From Candidatus Binatia bacterium (GTDB lineage Bacteria; Desulfobacterota; Binatia; UBA9968; JAJDTQ01): a stretch of DNA of 64,000 nucleotides. The notes below the pieces were generated by a model that was not told the origin of the DNA, did no database searches, and worked only from the letters and a program-made list of their open reading frames with translations. A program made the translations under genes and the position numbers. The stretch spans positions 2,112,001 through 2,176,000 of the forward strand of contig OY762897.2 of the NCBI GenBank assembly GCA_963666515.2, in the 5' to 3' direction. Every line of letters starts with the position of its first letter. The first letter of the stretch is position 1. Positions 48,609 to 59,020 of the stretch are shown piece by piece.

Positions 48609-50327
48609 TCATCCCGCAGCGCGCAAGGTCGCGGCGGCGCGCCAGCCGAGAGTGAAATAGAGGATAACCAACGGAACCACGAGGAGCAGGGCCACGAGCG
48701 AGACCGCCGCGGCGTGGTTCAACTCTCCGTCCCCCCAGATGGCCCAAATGTAGACCGGCAGCGTGGTGTTGTCGCGGGTCACCAGAAGCGCCGCCATGGT
48801 CAGCTCGCTGTAGGCGAGAAGAGCCATCCACAACCACGCGTAGAGCAGCGTCGGCGCCAGCAGCGGACGCACGATGCGCCAGAACACGCTCATGGTCTCG
48901 AGCCCGAAGACATAGCCCGCCTCGTCGAGGTCCTTGTGGATTTGCAGCAGGGAGGAGTTGTACATCCGCGTGGCGAAGGGGATCCGGGCTACGACGTTCA
49001 CCAGGATGATGATGAGGATGGTCCCGTAGAACGGGACGTAGACCGGCAGCCAGAACAGCGCGATGAACAGCGCGCCTACGGCGAAGATCATGTTCGGAAT
49101 GACGTGCGGGAGAAAGGAGACGACGTCGAACAGCCCGGAGAGGCGACTCTTCGACTTGATGATGTTCCAGGAGAGGGCCACTCCCACGATCGTCGCCAGG
49201 GTCGGCACCACCAGCGTCAGGACCGCGGAGTTCCCCAGCGCGAACCAGAACGTGTCCCAGGGTATGTTCCTGAAGTTGGACAGCGTCACCATCTGCAACG
49301 CCGGCCAGGACGGCGCCATCAGGAACGGGAGCAGCGACGCCCACACCAGCATCGCCAGCGGCAACAGCAGGTTGAGCGAAACCACCAACCCGATGAACAG
49401 CCATCCGGTGACCCACCATCGCCCAAGCTCCAGGGGCCGGGGCCGGTAGGCCTTGCCCGAGATCACCTGGTACCGCTCGCCGCGCTGAATGGTCCGCAGG
49501 TACCACCAGCTAATGAGAAGCGCCAGCGCCATCATGAAGACGCTGATGGCGCCGACGATGCCGTAGTCCGGCGGAGCGTCGAGCGGCTGCGCGCGGACGT
49601 AGAGATACGTGCTCAGGGTGTAGGTCCGGTTCGCCATGCCGAGGAACGCCGGAACGTCGAAGGTCGTCATGCCGAGCGCCATCACGTAGAGGCCCGCGGC
49701 CAGGATGCTCGGCCACATCAGCGGCAGGGTCACGTACCGAAGCCGGTCCCAAAATCCGCCGCCGTGAACCTGAGCGCTCTCTTCGAGAGCCGGGTCCATG
49801 TTGCGGAAGGCGGGGGCGATCATGATGAAGGCAAGCCCCACGAAGTTGAGGCCCTGCACGAAACCCATTCCCGGCACGGCGCCGATGTTGAACGGCGCCG
49901 CCTCGAGAGACAGGAAATCCATCAGCCACCGGTTGACGATGCCGATGCGCGGGTGAAGGAGGAACTGCCACCCCATGGCCGGGAAAAAGGCCGGCACCGC
50001 CAGGGTGAGGGTGAGCAGCGTAACCACCCAGCCGCGCCCCGGCAGGTCGGTGCGCTCCACCAGGAACGCGATGGGGACCGCCAACACGAGCGCGGTGACC
50101 ACGACGATAAGCGTGAAACCGAGCGTGTTGACGACCGCCCGGAAGGCCGAGCCGTCGCGGAAGACTTCACGAAAGTTGTCGAGCGTCCAGACGCCGCCGG
50201 CGATCCGCCCTTCCTCGAGGAACGCCACCTGGACCACGACCGCCAACAGCAGGGCGATGACGGCGAGCGCCCCCAGGGCCACGCAGACGAAGGGCGGCGA
50301 GCCCATCCATAGCCGTCGCCAATGCAC
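48609..50327 (-). CDS. ABC permease, FbpB/ThiP-like
   Basis: Two EAA motifs (DPALEESAQVHG, DLDEAGYVFG). Confidence 0.9.
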   Translation of the reverse strand: MHWRRLWMGSPPFVCVALGALAVIALLLAVVVQVAFLEEGRIAGGVWTLDNFREVFRDGSAFRAVVNTLGFTLIVVVTALVLAVPIAFLVERTDLPGRGWVVTLLTLTLAVPAFFPAMGWQFLLHPRIGIVNRWLMDFLSLEAAPFNIGAVPGMGFVQGLNFVGLAFIMIAPAFRNMDPALEESAQVHGGGFWDRLRYVTLPLMWPSILAAGLYVMALGMTTFDVPAFLGMANRTYTLSTYLYVRAQPLDAPPDYGIVGAISVFMMALALLISWWYLRTIQRGERYQVISGKAYRPRPLELGRWWVTGWLFIGLVVSLNLLLPLAMLVWASLLPFLMAPSWPALQMVTLSNFRNIPWDTFWFALGNSAVLTLVVPTLATIVGVALSWNIIKSKSRLSGLFDVVSFLPHVIPNMIFAVGALFIALFWLPVYVPFYGTILIIILVNVVARIPFATRMYNSSLLQIHKDLDEAGYVFGLETMSVFWRIVRPLLAPTLLYAWLWMALLAYSELTMAALLVTRDNTTLPVYIWAIWGDGELNHAAAVSLVALLLVVPLVILYFTLGWRAAATLRAAG

Positions 50328-50338
50328 CCGACGAGCTC

Positions 50339-51148
50339 CTAGCGGAAGTCGATGGCGGCGAGCCTGGAGAAGCGGAACTTGCCGGCGACCCGGGGCAGCA
50401 CCGTGAACTGGTGCAGCGTGTACTCCATCTCATAATCGGAAAGGGCGTAGATCCCGTCGAGGGGCACCACCACCGTGTAGCCAAAGGCGCGCGCGGCCGT
50501 GGTCGCGGTGTAGAGCAAGGCGAAGTTGGCGGCGCCGCCCAGGAACACCATCGTGTGGGTCCCCCAGCCTTCCAGCAGTTGCCGCAGTTCGCCGCCGAGG
50601 AACTTGTCGTAGCCGTTGGGATAGAGGATCGGTTCGTCGCTCTGCCGGGCCAACGCGGTCGCCGCGGCGCCGTGGGGCGTATCCTTCTCCCACACCACCA
50701 CCGTGTAGACCACCGGCACCGACGCCGCCCGGGCCTTGTCGAGGAACCCGCGGGCCGGCCGGATCAGCGGCTGCGCCGGCTGGGACGGGTCTTCGGCCTT
50801 GGTGTTGAGGTCGAGTACGACGACCGCGGTGCTGGCCGCGTCCAGGACAAGCGGTTCCGGGGCCACCCGGTTCGGTCCAGTCCGCACCGGGGAGCGTTGC
50901 TCGCTCACGTTCACCGTGGCATCCAGCGACACGCCGCAACCGGGACAATAGCGCTCCTCCAGCAGTGCGCGGCCTTCCATGATCTCGTGGAACGGCCCCA
51001 TGCGCCCCGGCGGCAGCAGCCGGGTGACACAGGCCTCGCGCCAGTCCTCGCCGGCGGCGCAGAGGCGGTGGCCGCAAGCGGCGCATTGCACCCACTCTCC
51101 GCCCTGCTCCTCCACCAGTTCCAGGTTTTCCCGCAGCGGCCGCCTCAC
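50339..51148 (-). CDS. Acetone carboxylase gamma-like domain fused to isochorismatase-like domain
   Basis: GTG start overlaps the upstream TGA; CAACGH..YCPGCG, then VVLDLN..YDKF..GGAANFALLYTA. Confidence 0.75.
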   Translation of the reverse strand: MRRPLRENLELVEEQGGEWVQCAACGHRLCAAGEDWREACVTRLLPPGRMGPFHEIMEGRALLEERYCPGCGVSLDATVNVSEQRSPVRTGPNRVAPEPLVLDAASTAVVVLDLNTKAEDPSQPAQPLIRPARGFLDKARAASVPVVYTVVVWEKDTPHGAAATALARQSDEPILYPNGYDKFLGGELRQLLEGWGTHTMVFLGGAANFALLYTATTAARAFGYTVVVPLDGIYALSDYEMEYTLHQFTVLPRVAGKFRFSRLAAIDFR

Positions 51149-52989
51149 GACCCGGCTCCCCGGTTCTCCAGCAGGCGCTGCCGCCGGATCTCCGCCGTTG
51201 CCTGAAGGTCCACCGCGAAGGAAGCCGGGTCTATGACCACGCCGTAGACGTGCAGCGCAGTCTCCACCGTCACCAGCTCGTTCTCCACGTCCTTGAGCAC
51301 CGCCCCGGGGTCGCGGTCCAGCGGACTGCCGTAGCCGCCGCCCATGCCCAGGGTGTAGTACAGCACGTCGTCCGGCGTCAGCTCGAAGCTCGCGTAGGGC
51401 AGCACCCGCGGCGTGCCGCCAAGCTCGTCGAGCGCCTGCGGCATCCGGTTGGCGTCCAGCATCTTCCCCAGCGCCGTGCCCTCCAGGTGCACCAGGATGC
51501 TCGGCGCCCCGGGGTAGCCCCCGAAGATGCCGCGTCCGCCGTTGACGAGACCGGCCACCCCGAAGGCGACGCCCTCGATCCTGCCCTCGGGGGCCTTGTG
51601 CACCGAGAACGCCATTTCCGCGCCGGTGCCGCCGCGATAACGGCCCGCTCCCTGCTGGTCCCTGGCATGGCGCCGGAACAGGAACAGCATCGGGCAGTTC
51701 ATCTCCAGCCACTCCACGTTGGGGCAGGTCATGAAGTCGAGCTTGGTGGTGTCGACCCCGTCCATGGTGGCGCGGGCGCCGCTGCCGCTGAGGGGCGACA
51801 TGGCCAGGCTCGTGGAATAAAACGCGCCGTGCTGGTTCAGCCCTGACGTGCGCACCCGGCGCCCGCCCCATATCCGTACCATGATCTCGTCACGCCACGC
51901 CTCGCTGCCCGCCAGCATGCCGTTGAGCACCGACACCACCACGTACTTGGCGGTGGCGCCGCCCGACGTGGTGTTGAGGGAGACCGGCGCCGGATGGGTG
52001 ACGTTCACCAGGGTTCCCGGCGGCGCGATGGTCTCGATGGGCCGGAACAACCCGTGGTTGCGGGGAAAGTCGTAGGCCACGGTCTCCACGAGGCCTTCGA
52101 AGCAGGTGCCGAAGGTGGCGTGGTAGGGCAGGTTGACGCCGACGCTCGCCTGGGGGTCGGTGCCGGTGAAGTCGAAGACCATGCGGCTGCCCTGCTTCTT
52201 CAGGGTCAGCCGGACGGTCCACGAGCCTTCCCTGGACTCGATGGCGGCGCTGTCGCTCCACTCGCCGTCCGGGATCGCCTCCAGGCGCTTGCGCAGCGCG
52301 CGCTCGGAGTAATCGATCATCTGGGCGGCCACGGCGTCCATGAGGTCGACGCCGTGGTGGCTGTAGAACTGCCTCATGCGCGCCTTGGCCACGCTGTGGC
52401 CGGCAAGCTGGCAATTGATGTCCAGCGCCACCATGTCGGGCCGCCGGGTCATGTTGATGAGGGTGTCGAACACGTCCTTGCGCAGGTTGCCGCGGTCCAC
52501 CAGCTTGATGCCGGGAATGCGGAGGCCCTCGTGACAGATCTCCCTGGCTTCCGGGGAATCGCCGCCCGGGGACATGGCGCCGATGTCCATCACGTGGACG
52601 AACGACGCGCTCCATCCGATCAGCCTTCCCTCCACGTGGATGGGGGAGACGAGGTAGACGTCGGATTGGTGCACCGCCGAGACGTAGGGGTCGTTCAGGA
52701 GGAAAACGTCGTCCTCGTGCACGCCGTCGTATTCGGCGAAGCGCTCGATGATCCACTTCACCGTGAAGCCGGCGCAGGCCACGTGCCAGGGCATGGACTC
52801 GCCGGTGGCCAGGATCTCGCCGTCGGCCCGGTAGAGCGAGGCCATGTAGTCGTGCATCTGGGTGGTGTTGACCGTCCCGCCGACCCGTTCGATGGTGGTG
52901 CCCATCTCCTTGGCGATGCGCTGGAGCCGGTGCGAAAGGATCTCGAAGGTCACCGGATCCACGGTCCTGCCGTCGCCGTTATGATCCAT
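51145..52989 (-). CDS. Hydantoinase B/oxoprolinase family
   Basis: DPVTFEI, LNDPY..HQSD, HVMDIG, GAGRYRGG, GGGYGSP. Confidence 0.92.
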   Translation of the reverse strand: MDHNGDGRTVDPVTFEILSHRLQRIAKEMGTTIERVGGTVNTTQMHDYMASLYRADGEILATGESMPWHVACAGFTVKWIIERFAEYDGVHEDDVFLLNDPYVSAVHQSDVYLVSPIHVEGRLIGWSASFVHVMDIGAMSPGGDSPEAREICHEGLRIPGIKLVDRGNLRKDVFDTLINMTRRPDMVALDINCQLAGHSVAKARMRQFYSHHGVDLMDAVAAQMIDYSERALRKRLEAIPDGEWSDSAAIESREGSWTVRLTLKKQGSRMVFDFTGTDPQASVGVNLPYHATFGTCFEGLVETVAYDFPRNHGLFRPIETIAPPGTLVNVTHPAPVSLNTTSGGATAKYVVVSVLNGMLAGSEAWRDEIMVRIWGGRRVRTSGLNQHGAFYSTSLAMSPLSGSGARATMDGVDTTKLDFMTCPNVEWLEMNCPMLFLFRRHARDQQGAGRYRGGTGAEMAFSVHKAPEGRIEGVAFGVAGLVNGGRGIFGGYPGAPSILVHLEGTALGKMLDANRMPQALDELGGTPRVLPYASFELTPDDVLYYTLGMGGGYGSPLDRDPGAVLKDVENELVTVETALHVYGVVIDPASFAVDLQATAEIRRQRLLENRGAGS

Positions 52990-55120
52990 CGTCCTCCCTC
53001 CCGGAAAGCGCCGGCCGCGAACCCACCGCGATACGGACGTTGCCGAGATCGTCCATCATCGCGCGGTCGCCCGGGTTGATCAGGATCGTGGTGATGGGGG
53101 TCTCGATGACGCCCGGCTCCGAGATGGCCATGCCCGGGCGCATCCTGGCGACGTCGTACAACGGGGTTGTCACGAAGTCGCCGAACTCCTCGAAATAGAC
53201 CGGCCGCGTGCCCTTTTCGGCCGCCGAGATATCGCCGCCCCCCTCCAGTGGCCGCAGCACCGGCTTGGGCAGCGCCCCCGAGCCGGTGACCCGCAGGGTG
53301 ACGATCTCCCGGCCGGCGGCCCGGTAAGCCGAGCCCCTGCCGTAGACCGCCTCGTAGAGCCCGTCGAACCGTGCATACACGCCATCGAGATCCTCTTCGG
53401 TCAGGTCGGCCTCCCCCGGCGGGATCGGGACGTTGATCTCGTGGACCTGGTAGCGGTAGCGCATGTCCACGCTCCGCGCGAGGGTGATGTCCGCGGCGGT
53501 GAAACCCGCGTCCTCCAGGCTGCGGCGGACCCTGGACAGGACCGGCGAGAAGGACTCGTTGACACGGTCGGCCGGGACCGGCACCAGGCAGCGGTCCGAG
53601 ACGCCCTCCTCGTACACCACGTCGGAGGACACGAGGCCCACGGCGCCGTGGACCGAGGCGGTCACCGGGACCACCACCTGCTCGATGCCGAGTTCGGCCG
53701 CGAACCGGCCGGCGTGCACCGGGCAGGCGCCGCCGAAGGCGAACAGGGTGTCGCCCCGGGGATCGTGTCCGCGCTGGACGGTGGCGTTGCGGATCAGGTC
53801 GCTCATCTGGGCGTTGACGATGCGGTGGATGGCGCCGGCCGCCTCGGTGACGCTCATGCCCAGGGGCCGGGCCACCTTCTCCTCCACCGCCCGGCGCGCG
53901 GCCTCCACGTCGAGGGTGATCTGGCCGCCGAGGAAATAATCGGGGTTCAGGTATCCCAGGACCAGGCTTGCATCGGTCACCGTGGGCTCGGCGCCGCCGC
54001 GGTTGTAGCACACCGGACCGGGGTTGGCGCCGGCGCCGCGCGGCCCGACTTTCAAAAGGTCGGTCCCCTCCTCGAGCCAGGCGATGCTGCCGCCTCCCGC
54101 GCCGATGGATTCCACCCAGATCTTGGGAGACAGCAGCCGGTAGCGCAGGAAAACAGGCTGATAATCACGCTCCATGGCGCCGCCGCGGATAATGCCGACC
54201 TTGAAGGTGGTGCCGCCCATGTCCGCCGCCACGATGTCGTCGATGCCGCTCAGGCGGCCCATGTAGTGGCAGGCCGCGACACCGGCCGCGGGACCCGACT
54301 CGATGGTTCCCACCGCCTTGCGCACGGAGTCGTCGACCCCCAGGACGCCGCCGTAAGCCTGCATGATCAGCGGCTCCCGCCTCAGGCCCCGGTCCCGCAG
54401 CAGCGCGCGCAGTTGGTTCAGGTATGAGCCGATCCGGGGGCCGATATAGGCGTTGAAGACCGTCGTCGCGGTGCGTTCGTACTCTCCCTGGAAGGGAGCC
54501 GCCTCGCTGGAAAGGGTCACGAACAGGTCGGGATGCCGTCTGCCCAGCAGCTCGCCGATGATCCGTTCATGGCCGTCGTTGGCGATGGACCACAGGAGCG
54601 AGACCGCCACCGACTCGACGCCGCGTTCCACGAGCTTCCCGATGGCGCGCTCGGCTTCCGCCTCGTCCAGGTCCACGAGCGCATCGCCCTCGAAATCCAT
54701 GCGTTCGTTGACCTCGGCAATGAGGGGCTTGGGAACGAGGGGCTCCGGCTTCGTGAGGGCCGCCATGTGGTGCGCTTCGGACTCCGGCAGCCCGGCCACC
54801 ACGCCGCCGCGCATCATCAGGATGGTGTCGCCGAACCCGGCGGTGGCGATGAGACCGGTGCGCGCGCCGGTGCGGGTGATCAGCGTGTTATCGCCGATGG
54901 TGCAGGCGTGATAGAAGAGCCGCGTGGCGCTCAGCAGGTCGCCCTCGTCGGCCATGCCGAGATTGCGCGCCGCGTCCCGCAACGCGTCGAGCACCCCCAG
55001 GGCAAAGTTCTGCGGCGTCGAGGACGCCTTTCCCAGGGTCATGCCCCCCTCGCCGCTCACCGCGACGCAATCGGTGAAAGTGCCGCCGATGTCGACGCCG
55101 ACGATGTAGGTGTCGCTCAC
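52979..55120 (-). CDS. Hydantoinase A/oxoprolinase family
   Basis: DIGGTFTD, SGPAAG, DMGGTT, IGAGGGS. Confidence 0.93.
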   Translation of the reverse strand: MSDTYIVGVDIGGTFTDCVAVSGEGGMTLGKASSTPQNFALGVLDALRDAARNLGMADEGDLLSATRLFYHACTIGDNTLITRTGARTGLIATAGFGDTILMMRGGVVAGLPESEAHHMAALTKPEPLVPKPLIAEVNERMDFEGDALVDLDEAEAERAIGKLVERGVESVAVSLLWSIANDGHERIIGELLGRRHPDLFVTLSSEAAPFQGEYERTATTVFNAYIGPRIGSYLNQLRALLRDRGLRREPLIMQAYGGVLGVDDSVRKAVGTIESGPAAGVAACHYMGRLSGIDDIVAADMGGTTFKVGIIRGGAMERDYQPVFLRYRLLSPKIWVESIGAGGGSIAWLEEGTDLLKVGPRGAGANPGPVCYNRGGAEPTVTDASLVLGYLNPDYFLGGQITLDVEAARRAVEEKVARPLGMSVTEAAGAIHRIVNAQMSDLIRNATVQRGHDPRGDTLFAFGGACPVHAGRFAAELGIEQVVVPVTASVHGAVGLVSSDVVYEEGVSDRCLVPVPADRVNESFSPVLSRVRRSLEDAGFTAADITLARSVDMRYRYQVHEINVPIPPGEADLTEEDLDGVYARFDGLYEAVYGRGSAYRAAGREIVTLRVTGSGALPKPVLRPLEGGGDISAAEKGTRPVYFEEFGDFVTTPLYDVARMRPGMAISEPGVIETPITTILINPGDRAMMDDLGNVRIAVGSRPALSGREDDGS

Positions 55121-55167
55121 GCTCGTGTCCCGCGCGGTGCCGGCAGCGAAGGGTCCGCCCGCGAGCG

Positions 55168-56292
55168 CTAGTTCCCGCGCAGTTTCTTGGCGAGCTTCCG
55201 GGAGACCTTGCGGTAGAAGTAGGCGTTCTTCACCACGTTCTGGTCGGTGCCGAAGTAGATATTGGCGCCGGCGGCGCGCTTGCTCTCCACCAGCTTGTTG
55301 AGCTGCGAGCCGGCGCGGAACGGTGAATCGCGTCCGATCACCTTCCAGATGGTGTCCTGGCCCTGCTTCGTCAGCATGTAGACGGACAGGAGCTTGGCGA
55401 GATTGGGATGCGCGCTCGTCTTCGGCACGCTGACCTCGCTTGCGGTGCCGGACATGAAATCGTCCATGGTGGCGTAGTCCACCGGGCCTCCCTTGGCCTT
55501 GAGTCGCGAATAGGCCACCGGCTTGGTGTCGAAGGCGAATATCGGAAACTCGCCCGTGGCCACGCGGTTGTGGACGCCCGTGCGGGTGGTGCCAATGATG
55601 GTGCCGTTGGCCACCATGGCGTCGACGATGCGCGTGGCCTCTTCCTCACCCAGATGGATCGCCGCCTCGACCCAGCCGACGGCAAAGACTGTGGTGCCGA
55701 TCTTGCCCTTGTACCTGGGGTTGGTGAAGTCCTTGTACGACTTCGGCAGGTCCTTGGCCTTCACGAGGTTGGTGTTGTAGCCGATGATGTGAATCGAGGC
55801 GCCGATGACCACGGCCGCGCCGTTGATGCCGATTTCCTCGTCCCCGAGCCCCGGCATGAGCTTCTTCCAGTCCACGCGCAGGAGGGCGCCGGCCTGATCC
55901 GAGGGGATTGTCTGCCGCGAAGGGGCGAAGAAGACGTCGGTGCTGGCCGGGCGGCCGGTCTTGGCCTCGTCGATGATCCGCGGCATCAGCTTCGACGCGC
56001 TGGGGCCGGGGGTGGTCTTGAGCCGGACGTTGATGCCGTAGGTCTTGTTGAGTCCCTTCTCCAGCGCCGCCATGAGCTTGGGAGAATTCCAGTCCCCAGA
56101 GCCGAAGACGTTCAGCTCGCCCTCCTTTTGTGCCGCGGCGACCAGTTGCTTGAGCGCGTCGCCGCCCGTCTGGGCGGACGCCTGCGCCACGGCCGCGCCG
56201 ATGAACGCCAGCACCATGCCCGCGGCCGTCGCGACGGCGGCGACGCGCGGCCAAAGAAGACCCATGTCAAATCGCCCGGAAAGAACTCTCAT
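55168..56292 (-). CDS. ABC substrate-binding protein (Fe3+/thiamine cluster)
   Basis: Signal peptide, AAAQKEGEL, YNTNLV, HPNLAKL; start uncertain. Confidence 0.85.
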   Translation of the reverse strand: MRVLSGRFDMGLLWPRVAAVATAAGMVLAFIGAAVAQASAQTGGDALKQLVAAAQKEGELNVFGSGDWNSPKLMAALEKGLNKTYGINVRLKTTPGPSASKLMPRIIDEAKTGRPASTDVFFAPSRQTIPSDQAGALLRVDWKKLMPGLGDEEIGINGAAVVIGASIHIIGYNTNLVKAKDLPKSYKDFTNPRYKGKIGTTVFAVGWVEAAIHLGEEEATRIVDAMVANGTIIGTTRTGVHNRVATGEFPIFAFDTKPVAYSRLKAKGGPVDYATMDDFMSGTASEVSVPKTSAHPNLAKLLSVYMLTKQGQDTIWKVIGRDSPFRAGSQLNKLVESKRAAGANIYFGTDQNVVKNAYFYRKVSRKLAKKLRGN

Positions 56293-56537
56293 CGTCGTTA
56301 CCTCCCAGAGTCACTGCGGCCTTCCGTTCACCTCAAGGAACTGGGGTATCCATATTTTGAGCGAGGGCGGGTTGTCAACACTGCGCCGCGGGGTCAGGCC
56401 GGAGACCGCTTGGCGAAAACGATTACAAGCATCACGCTACCTCAGCCAACAGAGCGGGGGCCACTACGCTTGGACATCCGGAATCGATTACTCGTGTACA
56501 AAAACGCTTAGAAGAGGCGCTGTTCGTCCGAAAACGA

Positions 56538-56999
56538 TTACCGTTTTCCGGCTCGGTGGCGTTTCGGAGGCTGCGGGTTGTTGGCGGGATTGGTGTCGTG
56601 CTTCGCCATGGCGTTCACCGCCGGCCCGCCGACCAGGGGCGCCAGTTCCGCCTCCAGCGCGTCGGCTTTTGCCTTGTCGTAGACCTCGTCGCCGTCCACG
56701 TAGAGCGTGAAGGACTTGACGTACTTCGCCTTCTTGGCGGGATCCTCGATGGTGGCCTTGGTCCAGGCGTAGAGCGGATACTTGTCGACACCCTGTCGCT
56801 CGGCTTCGGCGCAATAGCCGGCAAAGGCGTCGTACTGGCACCGCAGCACCGCGCCATGCCTGTCGAGCACGGCTACAAGCGGTTCGAGGTCCGGATGGCT
56901 GTCCCCCGTGCGCGCGGCCTCGGCGACTTCGTCTCCAAGGTTGACGCGCAACTGGTACAGCCATTCACGGGTCATGGATTCGGGCGTCTTCTCCGCCAT
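56538..56999 (-). CDS. Hypothetical protein
   Basis: 153 aa with host-like codon usage; WLYQLR..CQYDAFAGYC..HDTNPANNPQPP. Confidence 0.7.
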   Translation of the reverse strand: MAEKTPESMTREWLYQLRVNLGDEVAEAARTGDSHPDLEPLVAVLDRHGAVLRCQYDAFAGYCAEAERQGVDKYPLYAWTKATIEDPAKKAKYVKSFTLYVDGDEVYDKAKADALEAELAPLVGGPAVNAMAKHDTNPANNPQPPKRHRAGKR

Positions 57000-57085
57000 G
57001 GTCTCTATCTTCCGCTCCGGGACTTTCCTTCCAGGGTGCTACACCGGACCGCCCGCCGCAACCGCCGCGGCCTGCGGCGCCCTCC

Positions 57086-58261
57086 TCACCTCCGATCGAG
57101 CGTCTCCCTGGCCACGAACGCCAGCCCCGCGGCAGCGCCCAGCAGGATGGGGGCGTAGAAGAGGAACGTCCTGCCGGCGCTCATGAGGTCAACGAGCCAG
57201 CCGCCCACCAGCGGACCCATCACCGCGCCGGACTCGCCCACGGTGCGGCGGAGCCCCTGAAGGCGCCCCCGGGCCTCTTTCGGGATGACGTCGTAGGTGG
57301 AGACGGCCAGAGCGCCCAGGGACATGCCCTGGGCGAGGCCGATGACCACCATGATCGCCGCCAGTTGCGGCAGGGTCGAGGCCAACGGGAAGGCCAGGAA
57401 GGCGATGCCCGGCAGCGCGGTGCTGGGAACACTGGCATACTTGCGCCCGACACGGTCGGTGATGAAGCCGGCGGGCAGGATCATGAGCAGGACGAACACG
57501 CCGGAAACGCCGAACAGGCCGCCGACGTGAGCCGCGGAGAAGCCAAGCTCCACCCCCGCGTACAGCGGCAGCATGCCCTGGAGCGTCGTGCGGTACATCT
57601 GCATGCTGAAAGTCGCTATCACCAGCGTTACGAAGGTGGCGCGGAGGTGCGGGAGGACGTCCGAAACCTTCCCCCACCAGGCGATCTTGCCGACTTGACC
57701 CCGCACCGTGTCTCTCCGGGCCAGGACCGCTGCCACGAACACGGCCAGGGCTACGGCCGCGTAGACCGTAAACACCATGCGGAACCCGACCCACTGGGCG
57801 ATGACGCCCCCCGCCACCGGACCGAGGGCCATGCCGGCTGACTTGACTCCCATGAAGCCGCTCAGCAGGCGCCCGCGCTGGCGCTGCGCCACCATCTCGA
57901 CCCCGGACACCTCGCGACCCATGGTCCAGACGCTGTCGCCGACGCCGGCCAGGAACTGGCCGAGAAAGAGCAGGAGGAAGTAGGGGGTGACCGCGGTCAT
58001 GACGGCGCCGGTCAGCACCAGGGCGCTCCCCACCAGCATGGTGATCTTGGCGCCGTGGCGGTCCATGAGGAGGCCTGCCGGTATCAGGATGATGGTGCGG
58101 CCCAGAGCGTGGGCGGTGACCACCTGCACGGCAAGTCCCGCCGAAACTCCGAAAGACGCCGCCAGGAGCGGGATGGTCGGGAAAACCATGCCCTGCCCCA
58201 GGCTCATGACAAGGACGGTGCCGTACAGCAGCGCGAGGCTACCGGCCCGCGGACCGGTCAT
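57086..58261 (-). CDS. MFS transporter
   Basis: GLLMDRHG and GFITDRVGRK motifs. Confidence 0.9.
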   Translation of the reverse strand: MTGPRAGSLALLYGTVLVMSLGQGMVFPTIPLLAASFGVSAGLAVQVVTAHALGRTIILIPAGLLMDRHGAKITMLVGSALVLTGAVMTAVTPYFLLLFLGQFLAGVGDSVWTMGREVSGVEMVAQRQRGRLLSGFMGVKSAGMALGPVAGGVIAQWVGFRMVFTVYAAVALAVFVAAVLARRDTVRGQVGKIAWWGKVSDVLPHLRATFVTLVIATFSMQMYRTTLQGMLPLYAGVELGFSAAHVGGLFGVSGVFVLLMILPAGFITDRVGRKYASVPSTALPGIAFLAFPLASTLPQLAAIMVVIGLAQGMSLGALAVSTYDVIPKEARGRLQGLRRTVGESGAVMGPLVGGWLVDLMSAGRTFLFYAPILLGAAAGLAFVARETLDRR

Positions 58262-58289
58262 CGAGTATGGACTCCCGGGACGGGAAGGG

Positions 58290-58886
58290 TCAGGGCTTGG
58301 AGCCGCCGTAGAGGGAGAGCCCGGAGCTCTTCTGATGGCACGCAACGTCCTGGAATCCCGCGCTCCGGAACCATTCGAGTTGGTCGTCCATCGACGCCGA
58401 GCCGCGGTCCAGGTTGAAGAACCGGCCGCCGGACCGCACTCGGCCGAATATCTCCTCGTAGACGGACTTGATGGTCTCGCCGGCCCGGACGTTGTGGATG
58501 GCGTTGCACGAGACCACGAGATCGAACTCGCCGTCGGCCACCTGGCTCCAGTTCTTCTTGCTGAAGTCGGAGATCACGTACTCGAAGCGACCTTCAAGCT
58601 CCTTCATGCGCTCGCCGCCCAGCTTGGCCATGGCCGCCGAGCCGTCATGGCAAACCGCGGTGGCGCTGGGGAAGGTTTCCAGCAGGAACTTGCTGAGCGC
58701 CCCGTAGCCGCACCCCACGTCCATGAACCGAAAGGCCGCGTCCTTGTCGAACGGCGCCAGGCTCGCGATGAGCGTGAACTGCCGGGCTCGAAGCGTCTCG
58801 TTGCGCATCTGGCGCTGCGCCCAATCCTCCACGTATTCCTCGGAGTTCCAATCGTGCTGCCGCAACGGGTCGGTGATCTGTGCCAT
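58290..58886 (-). CDS. Class I SAM-dependent methyltransferase
   Basis: MDVGCGYG, FDLVVSCNAIHN. Confidence 0.88.
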   Translation of the reverse strand: MAQITDPLRQHDWNSEEYVEDWAQRQMRNETLRARQFTLIASLAPFDKDAAFRFMDVGCGYGALSKFLLETFPSATAVCHDGSAAMAKLGGERMKELEGRFEYVISDFSKKNWSQVADGEFDLVVSCNAIHNVRAGETIKSVYEEIFGRVRSGGRFFNLDRGSASMDDQLEWFRSAGFQDVACHQKSSGLSLYGGSKP

Positions 58887-58962
58887 TTCTGCTTCTCGAC
58901 CTCCTGTGAAGTGGCTGTGTCCTGAGCCCTGTCCGGTGGTGGTGTCGGTCGTGACCGGGCGC

Positions 58963-58987
58963 GGGCGGGTTTGGAACCCGCCCCTAC
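58963..58987 (-). repeat. GTAG-type REP
   Basis: GTAGGGGCGGGTTCCAAACCCGCCC. Confidence 0.75.
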
Positions 58988-59020
58988 AACGCTTAGACAA
59001 AATAGGCGCGGATGTCCAGG

